From positions 410,768 to 474,767 of the forward strand of contig NZ_SODV01000002.1 in NCBI RefSeq assembly GCF_004366355.1: DNA of 64,000 nt, given 5' to 3'. Positions 11,416 to 21,113 of this stretch are shown piece after piece (positions within the stretch are counted from its first letter, which is position 1; each line of letters starts with the position of its first letter). The stretch comes from Dinghuibacter silviterrae (lineage in GTDB: Bacteria; Bacteroidota; Bacteroidia; Chitinophagales; Chitinophagaceae). A program made the translations under genes and the position numbers. The notes beneath the pieces were generated by a model. It saw nothing but the letters and a program-made list of their open reading frames with translations. It was not told where the DNA came from and made no database searches.

Positions 11416-11889
11416 TTGCTATTGATGTTGATATTCTTAGATATAGATGGAGTCATGGTTCCAGCCAAAAGTTGGCAAAGGCCTGAGTTGCTTAACGACG
11501 GATTTCCGGCGTTTAGTAAAAAGGCAAGTCATGCACTTAAACGTCTTATTTCTGATGATACAACGGTTATGCTTACAACGTCCCATAAATCAAATTACAC
11601 TGTTGACGAGTGGAGAAATATTTTCAGCAATAGGGGTATTGATGTCAAAGAAATAGAGTCTCTTGGCAACAATGAGCGAAATCTTAGTCGGAAAGATGAA
11701 ATTGTAGAATGGTTCGCTTCCCACGACATAAGCGAAGACTTTATCATCATAGATGACGATAAATCCTTGAATTCCCTGCCACCTTTTTTAAGGAAAAACT
11801 CGATAATAACAAGCCCTACCATCGGACTTACGGATAATGATTTGAAGGATGCGAGTGCTATTCTAAACAAATGGTACCATTTTGCTTAG
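11416..11889 (+). CDS. small HAD-superfamily phosphatase-like protein carried on an AT-rich islet
   Basis: FLDIDGVMV (HAD motif I DxDG), LTTSH (motif II), K...IIIDDD (motifs III/IV). Local GC is ~35-40% against ~60% in the surroundings. Confidence 0.6.
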   Translation: MLLMLIFLDIDGVMVPAKSWQRPELLNDGFPAFSKKASHALKRLISDDTTVMLTTSHKSNYTVDEWRNIFSNRGIDVKEIESLGNNERNLSRKDEIVEWFASHDISEDFIIIDDDKSLNSLPPFLRKNSIITSPTIGLTDNDLKDASAILNKWYHFA

Positions 11890-11907
11890 TGTATACTATC
11901 TATATTA

Positions 11908-11940
11908 AAAAAGCCAGCTTTTAGCTGGCTTTTTTGTTTA
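11908..11940. terminator. bidirectional intrinsic terminator hairpin (aaaaaagccagcttttagctggctttttt)
   Basis: Perfect GC stem flanked by an A-run and a T-run, between the convergent HAD-like and TlpA-like genes. Confidence 0.7.
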
Positions 11941-13167
11941 GTCCTTCTCCGCTAAGAGCGAATCGATATAATCGTTAAAATCCTTCTGGAATTCCGCGTA
12001 GTGCTCCCCGGTGCCCGGCCCCTCGAAACCGGCGGTTATGCGGCGCACACGCCCGTGCTTGTCCAAAAACAAGGTCGACGGAAACGCATTGATGGCGTCC
12101 AGTTGCGGGAGCGTCTTGGCCGCCTTGTCGGGGTCCCCGACGGTGACCCCGGTGATGAGCATGGGGTAGGTCGCGTGGAACCGGTTTTTAAAGGTTTCCA
12201 CCCCGCGTTTGGAGCGCGCGAAGTCGGTGGAGCGCTCGTAAGCGAGGCCGATGATTTCCACGCCCCGGTGGCGGTTGGCCTTATACCAGGGCGCGAGGAA
12301 GGCGGTCTCGTCCATGCAATTGGGGCACCAGGACCCCATGATCTGGATGACGACAACCTTACCGCGGAAACGGGCGTCCCCAATGGAAACGAGGCTGCTG
12401 TCGAGGTCCGGAAAACGGAAGTGCAATACGGACGAGTCCTTGTTGAGGAGGTGGGAAGCCTCGTCGGGCAGGCCGGCTTGGGGGTTCCAAACACCTTCCC
12501 AGGTCCCGGAGGGCGCTATATTGGAATACACGCGGCCATGGAGCGCGTGGTTGCCATCGATAGCGGCGGCGAATACAAAGGAATGGTTGCCGTCGAAGGT
12601 GGAGACCTTTAACGAATCCCCGGTAACAACACCTTCCAGGTAGCGGTCGTCGCCGGAAGGCGTCAGGAACGTCCCGGTAACGTGGTTGCCGTCCTGGAAG
12701 AATTCACCCACGGCGGTGTCAAGCGTGGCGCCGTTACGGCCGATAAAACGCACGGCGTAACGTCCCTGGGCCTGGACGGTGGCGGGGCCGTTGCTCAAAA
12801 AGAAGCGCTCTGTCGTACGCGGTACCGCAAAAAACGGCTGGACGAGCTCCCCTTGCGCCAGGCGGCGCACAAACTGGCCGGTGAGCCGGCCATCGGGCTG
12901 GAGCTGCAAACGGAAACCCGCCTCAAAAAACGGCATACGGATATGCACGGAGTCCCCCGCAAAACGGATGTCATCGACCAGGAGCCGCTCAGAAGCATTG
13001 CGTACATAGAGGACGGTCTTACCCGCGGAATCCCTGACCAGGAAATTAAAGACGATGTTTTGTCCATCGGGCCGGACGAGGTTGCCTTGCCACCAACCAT
13101 GGTATAGTTGGGCGGAGGCGCCCAAGGATAGGGAGAGGGCCAGGACTGCAAACGCTATTCTTCTCAT
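11938..13167 (-). CDS. TlpA-like thiol-disulfide oxidoreductase (thioredoxin fold) with a large N-terminal domain, exported
   Basis: Signal peptide MRRIAFAVLALSLSLGASAQ. WCPNC active-site motif in redoxin context (VVVIQIMGSWCPNCMDE). Confidence 0.8.
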   Translation of the reverse strand: MRRIAFAVLALSLSLGASAQLYHGWWQGNLVRPDGQNIVFNFLVRDSAGKTVLYVRNASERLLVDDIRFAGDSVHIRMPFFEAGFRLQLQPDGRLTGQFVRRLAQGELVQPFFAVPRTTERFFLSNGPATVQAQGRYAVRFIGRNGATLDTAVGEFFQDGNHVTGTFLTPSGDDRYLEGVVTGDSLKVSTFDGNHSFVFAAAIDGNHALHGRVYSNIAPSGTWEGVWNPQAGLPDEASHLLNKDSSVLHFRFPDLDSSLVSIGDARFRGKVVVIQIMGSWCPNCMDETAFLAPWYKANRHRGVEIIGLAYERSTDFARSKRGVETFKNRFHATYPMLITGVTVGDPDKAAKTLPQLDAINAFPSTLFLDKHGRVRRITAGFEGPGTGEHYAEFQKDFNDYIDSLLAEKD

Positions 13168-13253
13168 GTTGCAAAGGTAAAGAGGGTAGGTCAATGAAAA
13201 AGGGCCGCGCATGACAGGCGGCCCTTTTCCCCATATAATTGGTAGACTAGTGT

Positions 13254-14816
13254 TTATTGTCCGCCGTCGTCGTCACCGCCCTGGCTGGAGGCGCCGTTCA
13301 GGTCGTTGAGGCCGTATTGGTAAACGCCTTCGTAACCGGGGTAGATTCCCTCGACGTTGACGCTGGATTTACCGGCCAGTGCATTTTTCAACTGGTCGAC
13401 GGTGGTAATATCCTTGCCGTCTACGCGCAGGATGACGAAATTGTTTTTCATCATCGTCTGGTCGCTGATGATACCGCGGCTGATGCCGGATACGACGACC
13501 CCGCCTTTGACACCCAGTTGCTTGGCTTTTTTCTCGTCCAGGGTCGTGAGCTGGGCGCCCAGCTTGTCCAGGACGGTGGAGACAGTGACGTCCTCGGTAC
13601 CGATCTTGTTCTTCAGCACCACGTCCACGGAATGCTCGCTACCGTTGCGCTTATAGGTGATAGTCACCTTCTCACCGGGTTTGAAACGGGCAATCATCCC
13701 CTGGAGGTCGGCGCCTCCGCTGATGGTGGAGCCGTCCATTTTTGTGATGACGTCGCCCTTTTGGAGGCCGGCGGCTTCGGCGGCGCCACCCTTGGTCACC
13801 GCGGAGATATAGACGCCGTTGACGTCGTCCAGTATCCCTTGTTGTTTGCGTTGTTCGGGGGTGAGTTCGTCGAGCTGTTGTTCATTGGGGTATTCGATGC
13901 CGAGGTAACCGCGTTGCACCGAACCGTAAGCGATCAGGTCGTTGACCACTTTCTTGACGATGTTGACCGGGATGGCAAAGGAGTACCCTGCAAAGGAACC
14001 GGTGGGGGAAGCGATGGCGGAGTTGATCCCGATCAGCTCACCCTTCGGGTTGATCAGGGCGCCCCCGCTGTTCCCGGGGTTGACGGCCGCGTCGGTTTGG
14101 ATAAACGATTCCACGGCGGTGTTGGCGGCCTTGCGGGAATTGATCCCCAGGGCCCTGGACTTTGCGCTGACGATACCGGCGGTCACCGTGGTTTCCAGTG
14201 TAAACGGATAACCCACGGCCAGGACCCACTGCCCGATATGGACGTCGTCCGAGTTCCCGTACAGCAGGTAGGGATACCCGTGGCCTTCCACTTTTAAAAC
14301 GGCGATGTCGGTGCTGGGATCTGCCGCCACCACCTTTGCCTTCATGGATTTCTTGTTGCTCAGCGTGACGTTGACTTCGTCTGCCCCGTCGATGACGTGG
14401 TTGTTGGTCACGATATACCCGTCTTCGCTGATGAATACCCCGGACCCGGAGGCTTGCTGACCGGGGATGGTCCGTTGCCGGAAAAAGTCGCCAAAGGGAT
14501 CGTCGTCACCCAGCCCAAACAGCTCGGCAAAAGGATTGCGCTGGCGGGGCAGGTTGTTGGAGACCTGGCGGGGGTTGGTCACGGTCTTGATATGTACGAC
14601 CGCGGGGATGGCGGTGCTGGCAGCGGTTTCAAAGTCTACGGGTTCAGCGGGTGAGCCGTCTTTATTGAAAAAGCCGGCATAGTTCACGGGCACCTTTCCC
14701 TGGCTGTCTTTCCAAACGTAACTGTTCTTTTGTTCATATTTGGAATACAGCCCTACGCTCACGACAGCGGTTGCCGCGCTCACCAATACTGTTGTCAGGA
14801 TACCTTTCCAGTTCAT
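13254..14816 (-). CDS. htrA: Do-family periplasmic serine endopeptidase (HtrA/DegP/DegQ) with two PDZ domains
   Basis: GNSGGAL (catalytic Ser), trypsin-like core, two PDZ-like segments, N-terminal TM/signal segment. Confidence 0.88.
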   Translation of the reverse strand: MNWKGILTTVLVSAATAVVSVGLYSKYEQKNSYVWKDSQGKVPVNYAGFFNKDGSPAEPVDFETAASTAIPAVVHIKTVTNPRQVSNNLPRQRNPFAELFGLGDDDPFGDFFRQRTIPGQQASGSGVFISEDGYIVTNNHVIDGADEVNVTLSNKKSMKAKVVAADPSTDIAVLKVEGHGYPYLLYGNSDDVHIGQWVLAVGYPFTLETTVTAGIVSAKSRALGINSRKAANTAVESFIQTDAAVNPGNSGGALINPKGELIGINSAIASPTGSFAGYSFAIPVNIVKKVVNDLIAYGSVQRGYLGIEYPNEQQLDELTPEQRKQQGILDDVNGVYISAVTKGGAAEAAGLQKGDVITKMDGSTISGGADLQGMIARFKPGEKVTITYKRNGSEHSVDVVLKNKIGTEDVTVSTVLDKLGAQLTTLDEKKAKQLGVKGGVVVSGISRGIISDQTMMKNNFVILRVDGKDITTVDQLKNALAGKSSVNVEGIYPGYEGVYQYGLNDLNGASSQGGDDDGGQ

Positions 14817-14947
14817 GGTTGTTTCGTTTTTTCTTCGTTAGAATGTAAAATTAACGAAGAGCTTATCAGGATGGATCCTAAAGGATTTTGAATTAACAAA
14901 TTATTAGGAAGGTCTTCGTAGATGCGCGAACGACCCTCTTAAAGTTA

Positions 14948-15931
14948 CTAAATTTTGGCCAGAAAGGCGAGGGTATCGACGCCGTCCGCGTAGTCTTCCA
15001 GGAGCGGTTGTTGCGCTGCGCCAAACGGCAGACCGCCGTGGCCCACGACGCATTGAACATCGGGATTCCCGGCTAAAGAAGGCTGGTATTGGTAGTATTC
15101 ATAATATAAGGTGCCGATGGGCGAAAAAAGGTCTTTGTGCTCCAGGAGGACGATGGAATCGTTGGTCATATAAAACTGATTGTTCATCAGGTAGATGGCC
15201 AGCTGGTAGTCATAGTTGTTTTTGTACTTGTGGTGGTCGAAAAACCAGGAATAGCGTTTCAACGACGAAAGCAGCGGTATGAAATCGTACCCGGTGGGTA
15301 CATAGATCTTAGTTACGTTGCGGCAGCCCAGACCGAAATACTGGTGGATGTCGTCAGCCAGTTTGTCCAGCTCTCCGGGTGTCTCCGACCCGTCGAGTAC
15401 CGCCACCGAGGTCCGGTTGCGCCGGATAAGGCTGGGATACCTGCCGAAATAGTACTCGAAATACCGCGCCGAATTGTTGGAGCCGGTGGCAATGTAGGCG
15501 TCACAACCTTTGAGCAGGTCGGAGAAAACGATCGTCGAAGCCAGTTCCGGGGCCCACTCCCTAAGCATTCCCACGAGGTGGGGGAGAAGCACGTTGTCCT
15601 TGGAGGAGAGCTTTATGGTTTGCCGGTGGCCGCTGACAAAGACAGAAAGGAAGTCGTGAAACCCGACCAGGGGAATATTCCCCGCCATGACGACGCCCAC
15701 GTTCCGCGCGGGGCCCTTGCCCAGCCCGGGATAACGGGCGGTCCAGGTATCCAGCAGGGAGGGTTGTAGGAAATGGTTGACGATGTTACCAACCGCCAGG
15801 TCGGTGAATTCGGGAACAAACCAATGGTTGAGCGCGAACGCCCGTTCTTTGGCCTCCAGCCAGGCCGGATCGGCTGACGACATGTAGTCCCCCAGCCTTC
15901 CCAGCAATTCAATTCTTTGTCGTAAATTCAC
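14948..15931 (-). CDS. LuxC-like acyl-CoA reductase family protein
   Basis: 327 aa. Pattern typical of Bacteroidota 'acyl-CoA reductase' (LuxC family) annotations. No clear motif verified. Confidence 0.5.
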   Translation of the reverse strand: MNLRQRIELLGRLGDYMSSADPAWLEAKERAFALNHWFVPEFTDLAVGNIVNHFLQPSLLDTWTARYPGLGKGPARNVGVVMAGNIPLVGFHDFLSVFVSGHRQTIKLSSKDNVLLPHLVGMLREWAPELASTIVFSDLLKGCDAYIATGSNNSARYFEYYFGRYPSLIRRNRTSVAVLDGSETPGELDKLADDIHQYFGLGCRNVTKIYVPTGYDFIPLLSSLKRYSWFFDHHKYKNNYDYQLAIYLMNNQFYMTNDSIVLLEHKDLFSPIGTLYYEYYQYQPSLAGNPDVQCVVGHGGLPFGAAQQPLLEDYADGVDTLAFLAKI

Positions 15932-15971
15932 TGCGCTTGCCTATTTTTGTTCAGCAAAAATAATTGATTGT

Positions 15972-16319
15972 ATGGCAATTAAGATTACCGAAGAATGCAT
16001 TAATTGTGGGGCTTGCGAGCCGGAATGCCCGAACAACGCGATTTACGAAGGAGGAGTGGAGTGGGCTATTTCGGATGGCACCACCGTTAAAGGAAGCTAC
16101 CAGTTGATGGACGGATCGTCCGTTGAGGCCGGTCAGCGCTTCGCGCCCATCAGTGTCGATACGTATTTCATCGTTCCCAATAAGTGTACGGAATGCCAGG
16201 GCTTTCACGAAGAACCCCAGTGCGCGGCCGTTTGCCCCGTGGACTGCTGTGTTCCCGATGAGATGTACCGGGAGACCGTGGAAGAGCTGCTGTCCAAAAA
16301 GGAGCGGCTGCATATATGA
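15972..16319 (+). CDS. 4Fe-4S ferredoxin
   Basis: CINCGACEPECP and CTECQGFHEEPQCAAVCPVDCC cysteine clusters. Confidence 0.85.
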   Translation: MAIKITEECINCGACEPECPNNAIYEGGVEWAISDGTTVKGSYQLMDGSSVEAGQRFAPISVDTYFIVPNKCTECQGFHEEPQCAAVCPVDCCVPDEMYRETVEELLSKKERLHI

Positions 16320-17299
16320 GTAAACCACGTATTGCTTTTGTCACCGGTGGCTATTCCGGTGAAGCAGAGATATCCTATAAAAGCGCGGTGACGATCTCGG
16401 CGAACATCGACCGGGACAAGTACGAGGCATACACCATTGACGTCCGCACGGACGGCTGGTGGTATACCGATCCCGCGGGCGTGGTGCATGCGGTGGATAA
16501 GAATGATTTCTCGGTGGCCGGCATTCATTTTGACGCCGTCCTGATCGGCATCCATGGCACACCGGGGGAAGACGGAAAGCTGCAGGGTTATTTCGATATG
16601 CTCGGGTTGCCCTACACCTCCTGTGACGCAGCCACGTCGGCACTGACCTTCAACAAACGGTTTACCGTCGCGGTGGCCGGCATGGGGGGCATACACGTCG
16701 CGCGTTCCGTGCTCCTGGTGAAGGATCTTTTCGAAAGTCCCGAAACCCAGATAAAGGGGCTGCGTTTCCCGGTGTTTGTAAAACCCAACAACGGGGGGTC
16801 GAGCATAGCCACGTCCAAGGTTTTGACGCCCAGCGAAGAGTTAGGCACGGCAATTGAAAAGGCTTTTGGCGTCGATTCCCAGGTGCTCGTGGAGGAATTC
16901 ATCGAGGGCAGGGAATTGACGGTGGGCGTATTCCGCCGTGAAGGAGAGGTCGTGACGCTTCCCATCACGGAAATCCGTTCCAAAAACGCGTTTTTCGACT
17001 TCGAGGCGAAATACCTGGGCGCGAGCGAGGAGATTACGCCTGCGGAGGTCCCGGAGACCATGGCGGAGAAAACAAGAGCGGCGGCCCGGAAGGTATACGG
17101 GTTGCTGAACTGCAGAGGCATTGTGCGGATCGATTTTATATACAACGAGCAGGTGAATGAGCCGTTCTTGTTGGAGGTGAACACGGTTCCGGGCCAAAGC
17201 GAGGCCTCGATCGTGCCCCAGCAGGTAAAGGCTGCGGGTTGGTCACTAAAAGAGTTTTATTCTTTTCTTATAGACGAAGCCTTAGCCACCGGGCGTTAA
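16316..17299 (+). CDS. ddl: D-alanine--D-alanine ligase
   Basis: ATP-grasp fold. IAFVTGGYSGEAEIS; FVKPNNGGSSIATSKV; EVNTVPG. Confidence 0.88.
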   Translation: MSKPRIAFVTGGYSGEAEISYKSAVTISANIDRDKYEAYTIDVRTDGWWYTDPAGVVHAVDKNDFSVAGIHFDAVLIGIHGTPGEDGKLQGYFDMLGLPYTSCDAATSALTFNKRFTVAVAGMGGIHVARSVLLVKDLFESPETQIKGLRFPVFVKPNNGGSSIATSKVLTPSEELGTAIEKAFGVDSQVLVEEFIEGRELTVGVFRREGEVVTLPITEIRSKNAFFDFEAKYLGASEEITPAEVPETMAEKTRAAARKVYGLLNCRGIVRIDFIYNEQVNEPFLLEVNTVPGQSEASIVPQQVKAAGWSLKEFYSFLIDEALATGR

Positions 17300-17307
17300 T
17301 TCAAACT

Positions 17308-18102
17308 ATGTTCAAATTCATCACGCACCGTTCCTTTTTGGCAAACCTGCTGGCCGTTGTGGTCATTTCCCTCGTGCTGCTGCTGGTTTTTATCGTTGCG
17401 CTGCGAAGTTTCACCCACCACAACCAGTCGGTCAAGGTACCCTCGGTCAAAGGCATGGACCTGGAAGCAGCCACCCGCACCCTGAAAAGCTTTGGGCTTG
17501 AAGTATCAGTAGAGGACTCTGCGTATAGGGACAACCTGCCCAAGCTGTCTATTGTATGGCAAAGCCCGGATGCGGGTGACGAGGTCAAGGTCGGCCGGAC
17601 GGTATACCTGACCATCAACCGCGCCATTCCGCCCGTGATCGAACTCCCCAACCTGCTGGGGCTTCAGTTCAAATTCGCGGAAAGCAGCCTGGCGGGTTAC
17701 GGTCTGAAGCTGGGGGATACGACCTACAAACCCGACTTTGCGCGCAATACCGTCCTGGACGTCCTGGTCAACGGGCAATCGACCAAGGCCGGTACCAAGA
17801 TCCCCCTGGGGACCGTGGTTTCCCTGGTTTTGGGTCAGGGCGTGGCACAGACGGAGATCCCTGTCCCCGACCTCTTCGGGATGCGCCTGGCGGATGCCAG
17901 GATTGTCATGGAGGCCAACGGGGTGGTGATGGGATCGGTGGTCCCGGACGCGGACGTTACCGATACGGCAGCCGCCTTTATCTATCGTCAGAATCCGCCC
18001 CCCGTCAGCGCCGATGGGATCATTAACCTGATCCATTCGGGTCAGACCATCGACGTCTACGTGGGCAAACAACTGCCGGTAAGGCAGGATACGACTAAAT
18101 AA
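17308..18102 (+). CDS. PASTA-domain membrane protein
   Basis: N-terminal TM helix followed by two or three PASTA-like repeats (VPSVKGMDLEAATRTLKSFGLEV...). Sits directly after ddl in a cell-wall context. Confidence 0.7.
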   Translation: MFKFITHRSFLANLLAVVVISLVLLLVFIVALRSFTHHNQSVKVPSVKGMDLEAATRTLKSFGLEVSVEDSAYRDNLPKLSIVWQSPDAGDEVKVGRTVYLTINRAIPPVIELPNLLGLQFKFAESSLAGYGLKLGDTTYKPDFARNTVLDVLVNGQSTKAGTKIPLGTVVSLVLGQGVAQTEIPVPDLFGMRLADARIVMEANGVVMGSVVPDADVTDTAAAFIYRQNPPPVSADGIINLIHSGQTIDVYVGKQLPVRQDTTK

Positions 18103-18108
18103 AACATT

Positions 18109-18417
18109 ATGAATACTATTACAGCCGAAGCGCTGAAATCGAGGTTGGACAAGGGGGAGACCCTCCACCTGGTCGACGTCAGGGAACCCTTCGAACACGA
18201 AGAGTTCAATATAGGCGGGATCTTACATCCCCTGGGACGCATCCGTTCCATGGACGTGGACGAACTCGAACCCCTGAAGGACGAAGAAGTCATCGTCTAT
18301 TGCCGGAGCGGGAACCGCAGCGGCCAGGCGGCCATGTTCCTGGAGCAGATGGGTTTTGCCAACGTCATCAACCTCGAAGGGGGCATGCTGGCATGGCAGG
18401 CGAAGTTTGGCGTCTAG
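18109..18417 (+). CDS. rhodanese-like domain protein
   Basis: 102 aa with an active-site loop CRSGNRS. Confidence 0.85.
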   Translation: MNTITAEALKSRLDKGETLHLVDVREPFEHEEFNIGGILHPLGRIRSMDVDELEPLKDEEVIVYCRSGNRSGQAAMFLEQMGFANVINLEGGMLAWQAKFGV

Positions 18418-18827
18418 TCCTCCGTGGCAATATCCGCCACCGTCTTTTTTTCGAGGATCTTTAGGGCAGAGTCGCGGACGGCAGACATCACGCCGTTGAG
18501 CCCGCAATTCTTCTCGTCGCAGTTTTTGCACTTCTCATAGAAGTTCAGACTGACGCAGGGAAGCAGCGCAATCGGGCCGTCCAGGGTGCGCATGACATAG
18601 GACAGCTTGATCTTTTTGGGGGATTCTTTGAAGAAATAGCCGCCCCCCTTTCCTTTCTTACTATCCAGAACACCCGCATTCTTGAGTTCCAACAGGATGT
18701 TCTCCAGGAATTTCAGGGGAATCTTTTTCTTTTTGGCGATCTCGGCGATCAGCACGGGTTCATTTTCCTCTTTTTTGGCGAGGTACATCAGGGCCTGAAA
18801 GGCGTATTGCGTTTTCTTGGATAACAT
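18414..18827 (-). CDS. Rrf2-family transcriptional regulator (IscR/NsrR-like), Fe-S-binding type
   Basis: N-terminal wHTH (MLSKKTQYAFQALMYLA). Three Cys residues (C..C.....C) near the C-terminus. Confidence 0.85.
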   Translation of the reverse strand: MLSKKTQYAFQALMYLAKKEENEPVLIAEIAKKKKIPLKFLENILLELKNAGVLDSKKGKGGGYFFKESPKKIKLSYVMRTLDGPIALLPCVSLNFYEKCKNCDEKNCGLNGVMSAVRDSALKILEKKTVADIATED

Positions 18828-18872
18828 GTGTTCGTACGATAACGGACAAAGGTATGTAAATTTAGTGGGATT

Positions 18873-19589
18873 TTAGATGCCCAACACATCCTGCATGGTA
18901 TATATGCCTTTCTTGCCGTATATGTACTCCGCCGCCAGCAGGGCGCCTAAGGCAAACCCCTTCCGGTTATGGGCGGTATGGATCAGCTCGATGTCGTCGA
19001 TATCGGAGGTATAGCGCACCTTGTGTGTCCCGGGGGCGGGGTCGACCCGTTCGCTGACAATTTCCAGTTCCTCCGGGTGGTCGCTAAGGTGGTTGACCCA
19101 ATCCTTTTTCCGGTCCAGGGACCCGATGATCCCCTCCGCGAGGGTAATGGCGGTCCCGCTGGGGGAATCCCTTTTGGCGGTATGGTGGATCTCGGTGACG
19201 CTGACCGCGTATTCCGGGTGGGTGTTCATCAGGGCCGCCAGGCGTTTGTTGAGGGCAAAAAAGATGTTCACCCCCACGCTGAAGTTGCTGGATGCCAACA
19301 GGGTGCCCTGGGTCGCCTCGCAGACCTTTTTGACCTGCGCCCATTTCTTGAGCCAGCCGGTGGAACCGACGACGACCGGGATGCCGGCGTCCAGGCAAAG
19401 AAGGATGTTGTCAACGGCGCTGTCGGGGCCGGTGAATTCGATGGCGACGTCGGCCTCGCGCAGTTGCTCCGCCGTCAGACCGGGGCGGTTGTGTTCGTCA
19501 ATCTTCAGGACGGCTTCGTGTCCGCGGGGGGGCATGAGGTCTTCGATGGCCTTACCCATTTTACCATAGCCTATGAGTGCGATCTTCAT
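18873..19589 (-). CDS. dapB: 4-hydroxy-tetrahydrodipicolinate reductase
   Basis: MKIALIGYGKMGKAI NAD-binding Gly-rich start. HHTAKRDSPSGTA is a DapB motif (HHxxKxDxPSGTA). Start set at the internal ATG; the upstream part of the ORF is a GC-rich extension. Confidence 0.85.
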   Translation of the reverse strand: MKIALIGYGKMGKAIEDLMPPRGHEAVLKIDEHNRPGLTAEQLREADVAIEFTGPDSAVDNILLCLDAGIPVVVGSTGWLKKWAQVKKVCEATQGTLLASSNFSVGVNIFFALNKRLAALMNTHPEYAVSVTEIHHTAKRDSPSGTAITLAEGIIGSLDRKKDWVNHLSDHPEELEIVSERVDPAPGTHKVRYTSDIDDIELIHTAHNRKGFALGALLAAEYIYGKKGIYTMQDVLGI

Positions 19590-20212
19590 GGAAATGCAGG
19601 TAGCAGTTTGTGTTTCGCTTTGTGTATGTCCAGCACCAGGGACAGACCCGTGTAGCCGCTCATAAAGCCGCTCGTGGGCTGTATCCGCAGGGTGAGGTTG
19701 TCGGTGACGTCGAATTCGTGCAGGTGGGCGTCCACCGTGGCGTCGACCACGTTCAGCCCCCATACCAGCACAAAGGCCAGGACGGAATAGTCGACGTATT
19801 GCCGGTAATAATTGCGCGCATATTGGATGTCCTGGGGACTGTTGTAGCGGTAGGTGGAATCCGGGGCCCTCTTGTACCAACTGGTGTCCGTCCCGTTCAT
19901 CTCCTTGTAGACCCGGCGGAAAAGGTTGTACTGGTCCAGGTTGAATTTAAATACGATGCCGCAGGCGACAAGACCGCCCCAGGCGATCGGCGCTTTCCAG
20001 TATTTGTGGTTGTAGATCTGTCCCCAGCCGGGGATGATCGCCGAACGGATGGTGGCCTTACGGGGATCCCGGTGGTGTTTCGTGGTGTACTCCGAGGTAT
20101 CTTCCTGTGGCCGGGCCACCGCCACACTGTCGATCCGGACGATCTGCGCCTTGGCAACGATCGAGAGCGGCAATAGCAGGGCACACAGCACCCATGTTTT
20201 ACACCTTGACAT
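19586..20212 (-). CDS. DUF5683-like exported protein
   Basis: N-terminal signal/TM segment. Tyr/Trp-rich. Occupies the conserved Bacteroidota position downstream of parB. Confidence 0.5.
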   Translation of the reverse strand: MSRCKTWVLCALLLPLSIVAKAQIVRIDSVAVARPQEDTSEYTTKHHRDPRKATIRSAIIPGWGQIYNHKYWKAPIAWGGLVACGIVFKFNLDQYNLFRRVYKEMNGTDTSWYKRAPDSTYRYNSPQDIQYARNYYRQYVDYSVLAFVLVWGLNVVDATVDAHLHEFDVTDNLTLRIQPTSGFMSGYTGLSLVLDIHKAKHKLLPAFP

Positions 20213-21113
20213 GCATTTTCTCCAGCAGGGCATTCAGTTCCTGTATGGAATAGTACTCCAGGGTCAAAGAACCGTGCCCTTTTTTGTTGTGATTGAGTTT
20301 TGCTTTCGTCCCAAAATGGGAAGCTAAGTTATCCTCTATCTTTTTAAATGCAGCAGGGAGGGCATTTTTTGTCGCACTTTTAACAGCCGCTGTTCCAGGC
20401 CGATACAGCTTCCGGACGAGCTCTTCGGTCTGGCGTACCGACAGGTGGCGGTTTTTGATCTCACCGAATATAAAAAGCTGTTTGTCCACTTCGTCTACGT
20501 TGATCAGCGCGCGGGCATGACCCATGGTCAGCGTGCCGTTGCGGACCGCGACCTGGATGTCGGGAGGAAGCTTGAGCAGGCGGATGTAGTTCGTGACGGT
20601 GCTTCGTTCTTTCCCCATGCGTTCGGCCACCTGCTCCTGGGTGTGTTCGAGCTCCTCCATGAGGCGTTTGTAACTCAGGGCGATCTCGATGGCATTCAGG
20701 TTTTCCCGTTGCAGGTTTTCGAGCAGGGCCAGTTCCAGGAGCTCTGTGTCGTTGGCCTGGCGGATATAGGCGGGGATGTCGGCCAGCCCGGCCATTTTTG
20801 CCGCCCGGAAACGGCGTTCGCCCGCTACCAGCCGGTACTTGCCGTCCGGGAGCCTGGACGCCGTAACGGGTTGGATGATGTCGTGTATGCGTATGCTGGC
20901 CGCCAGTTCCTGCAGGGCTTGCTCGTCAAAATCACGGCGGGGTTGTTTGGGGTTGATGGAAATCTGGTCCAGTGGGATCCGTAACGATACCGTGGCCGCC
21001 TCCACTGCCGAACTCTTCAAGGTACCCGCGGTCGTCTTCAGGTCTGCGTCAATATTTTGCAGGAGCGAACGGATGCCTTTTCCCAGGGCCTCTTTCTTGT
21101 TAGGACTTGTCAT
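20199..21113 (-). CDS. parB: ParB/Spo0J chromosome partitioning protein
   Basis: ParB N-terminal box (IRIHDIIQPVTASRLPDGKYRLVAGERRFRAAKMAGL) and an HTH. Confidence 0.88.
   Translation of the reverse strand: MTSPNKKEALGKGIRSLLQNIDADLKTTAGTLKSSAVEAATVSLRIPLDQISINPKQPRRDFDEQALQELAASIRIHDIIQPVTASRLPDGKYRLVAGERRFRAAKMAGLADIPAYIRQANDTELLELALLENLQRENLNAIEIALSYKRLMEELEHTQEQVAERMGKERSTVTNYIRLLKLPPDIQVAVRNGTLTMGHARALINVDEVDKQLFIFGEIKNRHLSVRQTEELVRKLYRPGTAAVKSATKNALPAAFKKIEDNLASHFGTKAKLNHNKKGHGSLTLEYYSIQELNALLEKMHVKV

Noticed and set aside
13257-14297. 346-aa ORF antisense to htrA
   Set aside because: htrA on the minus strand has a catalytic triad and PDZ domains. The plus frame is low-complexity.
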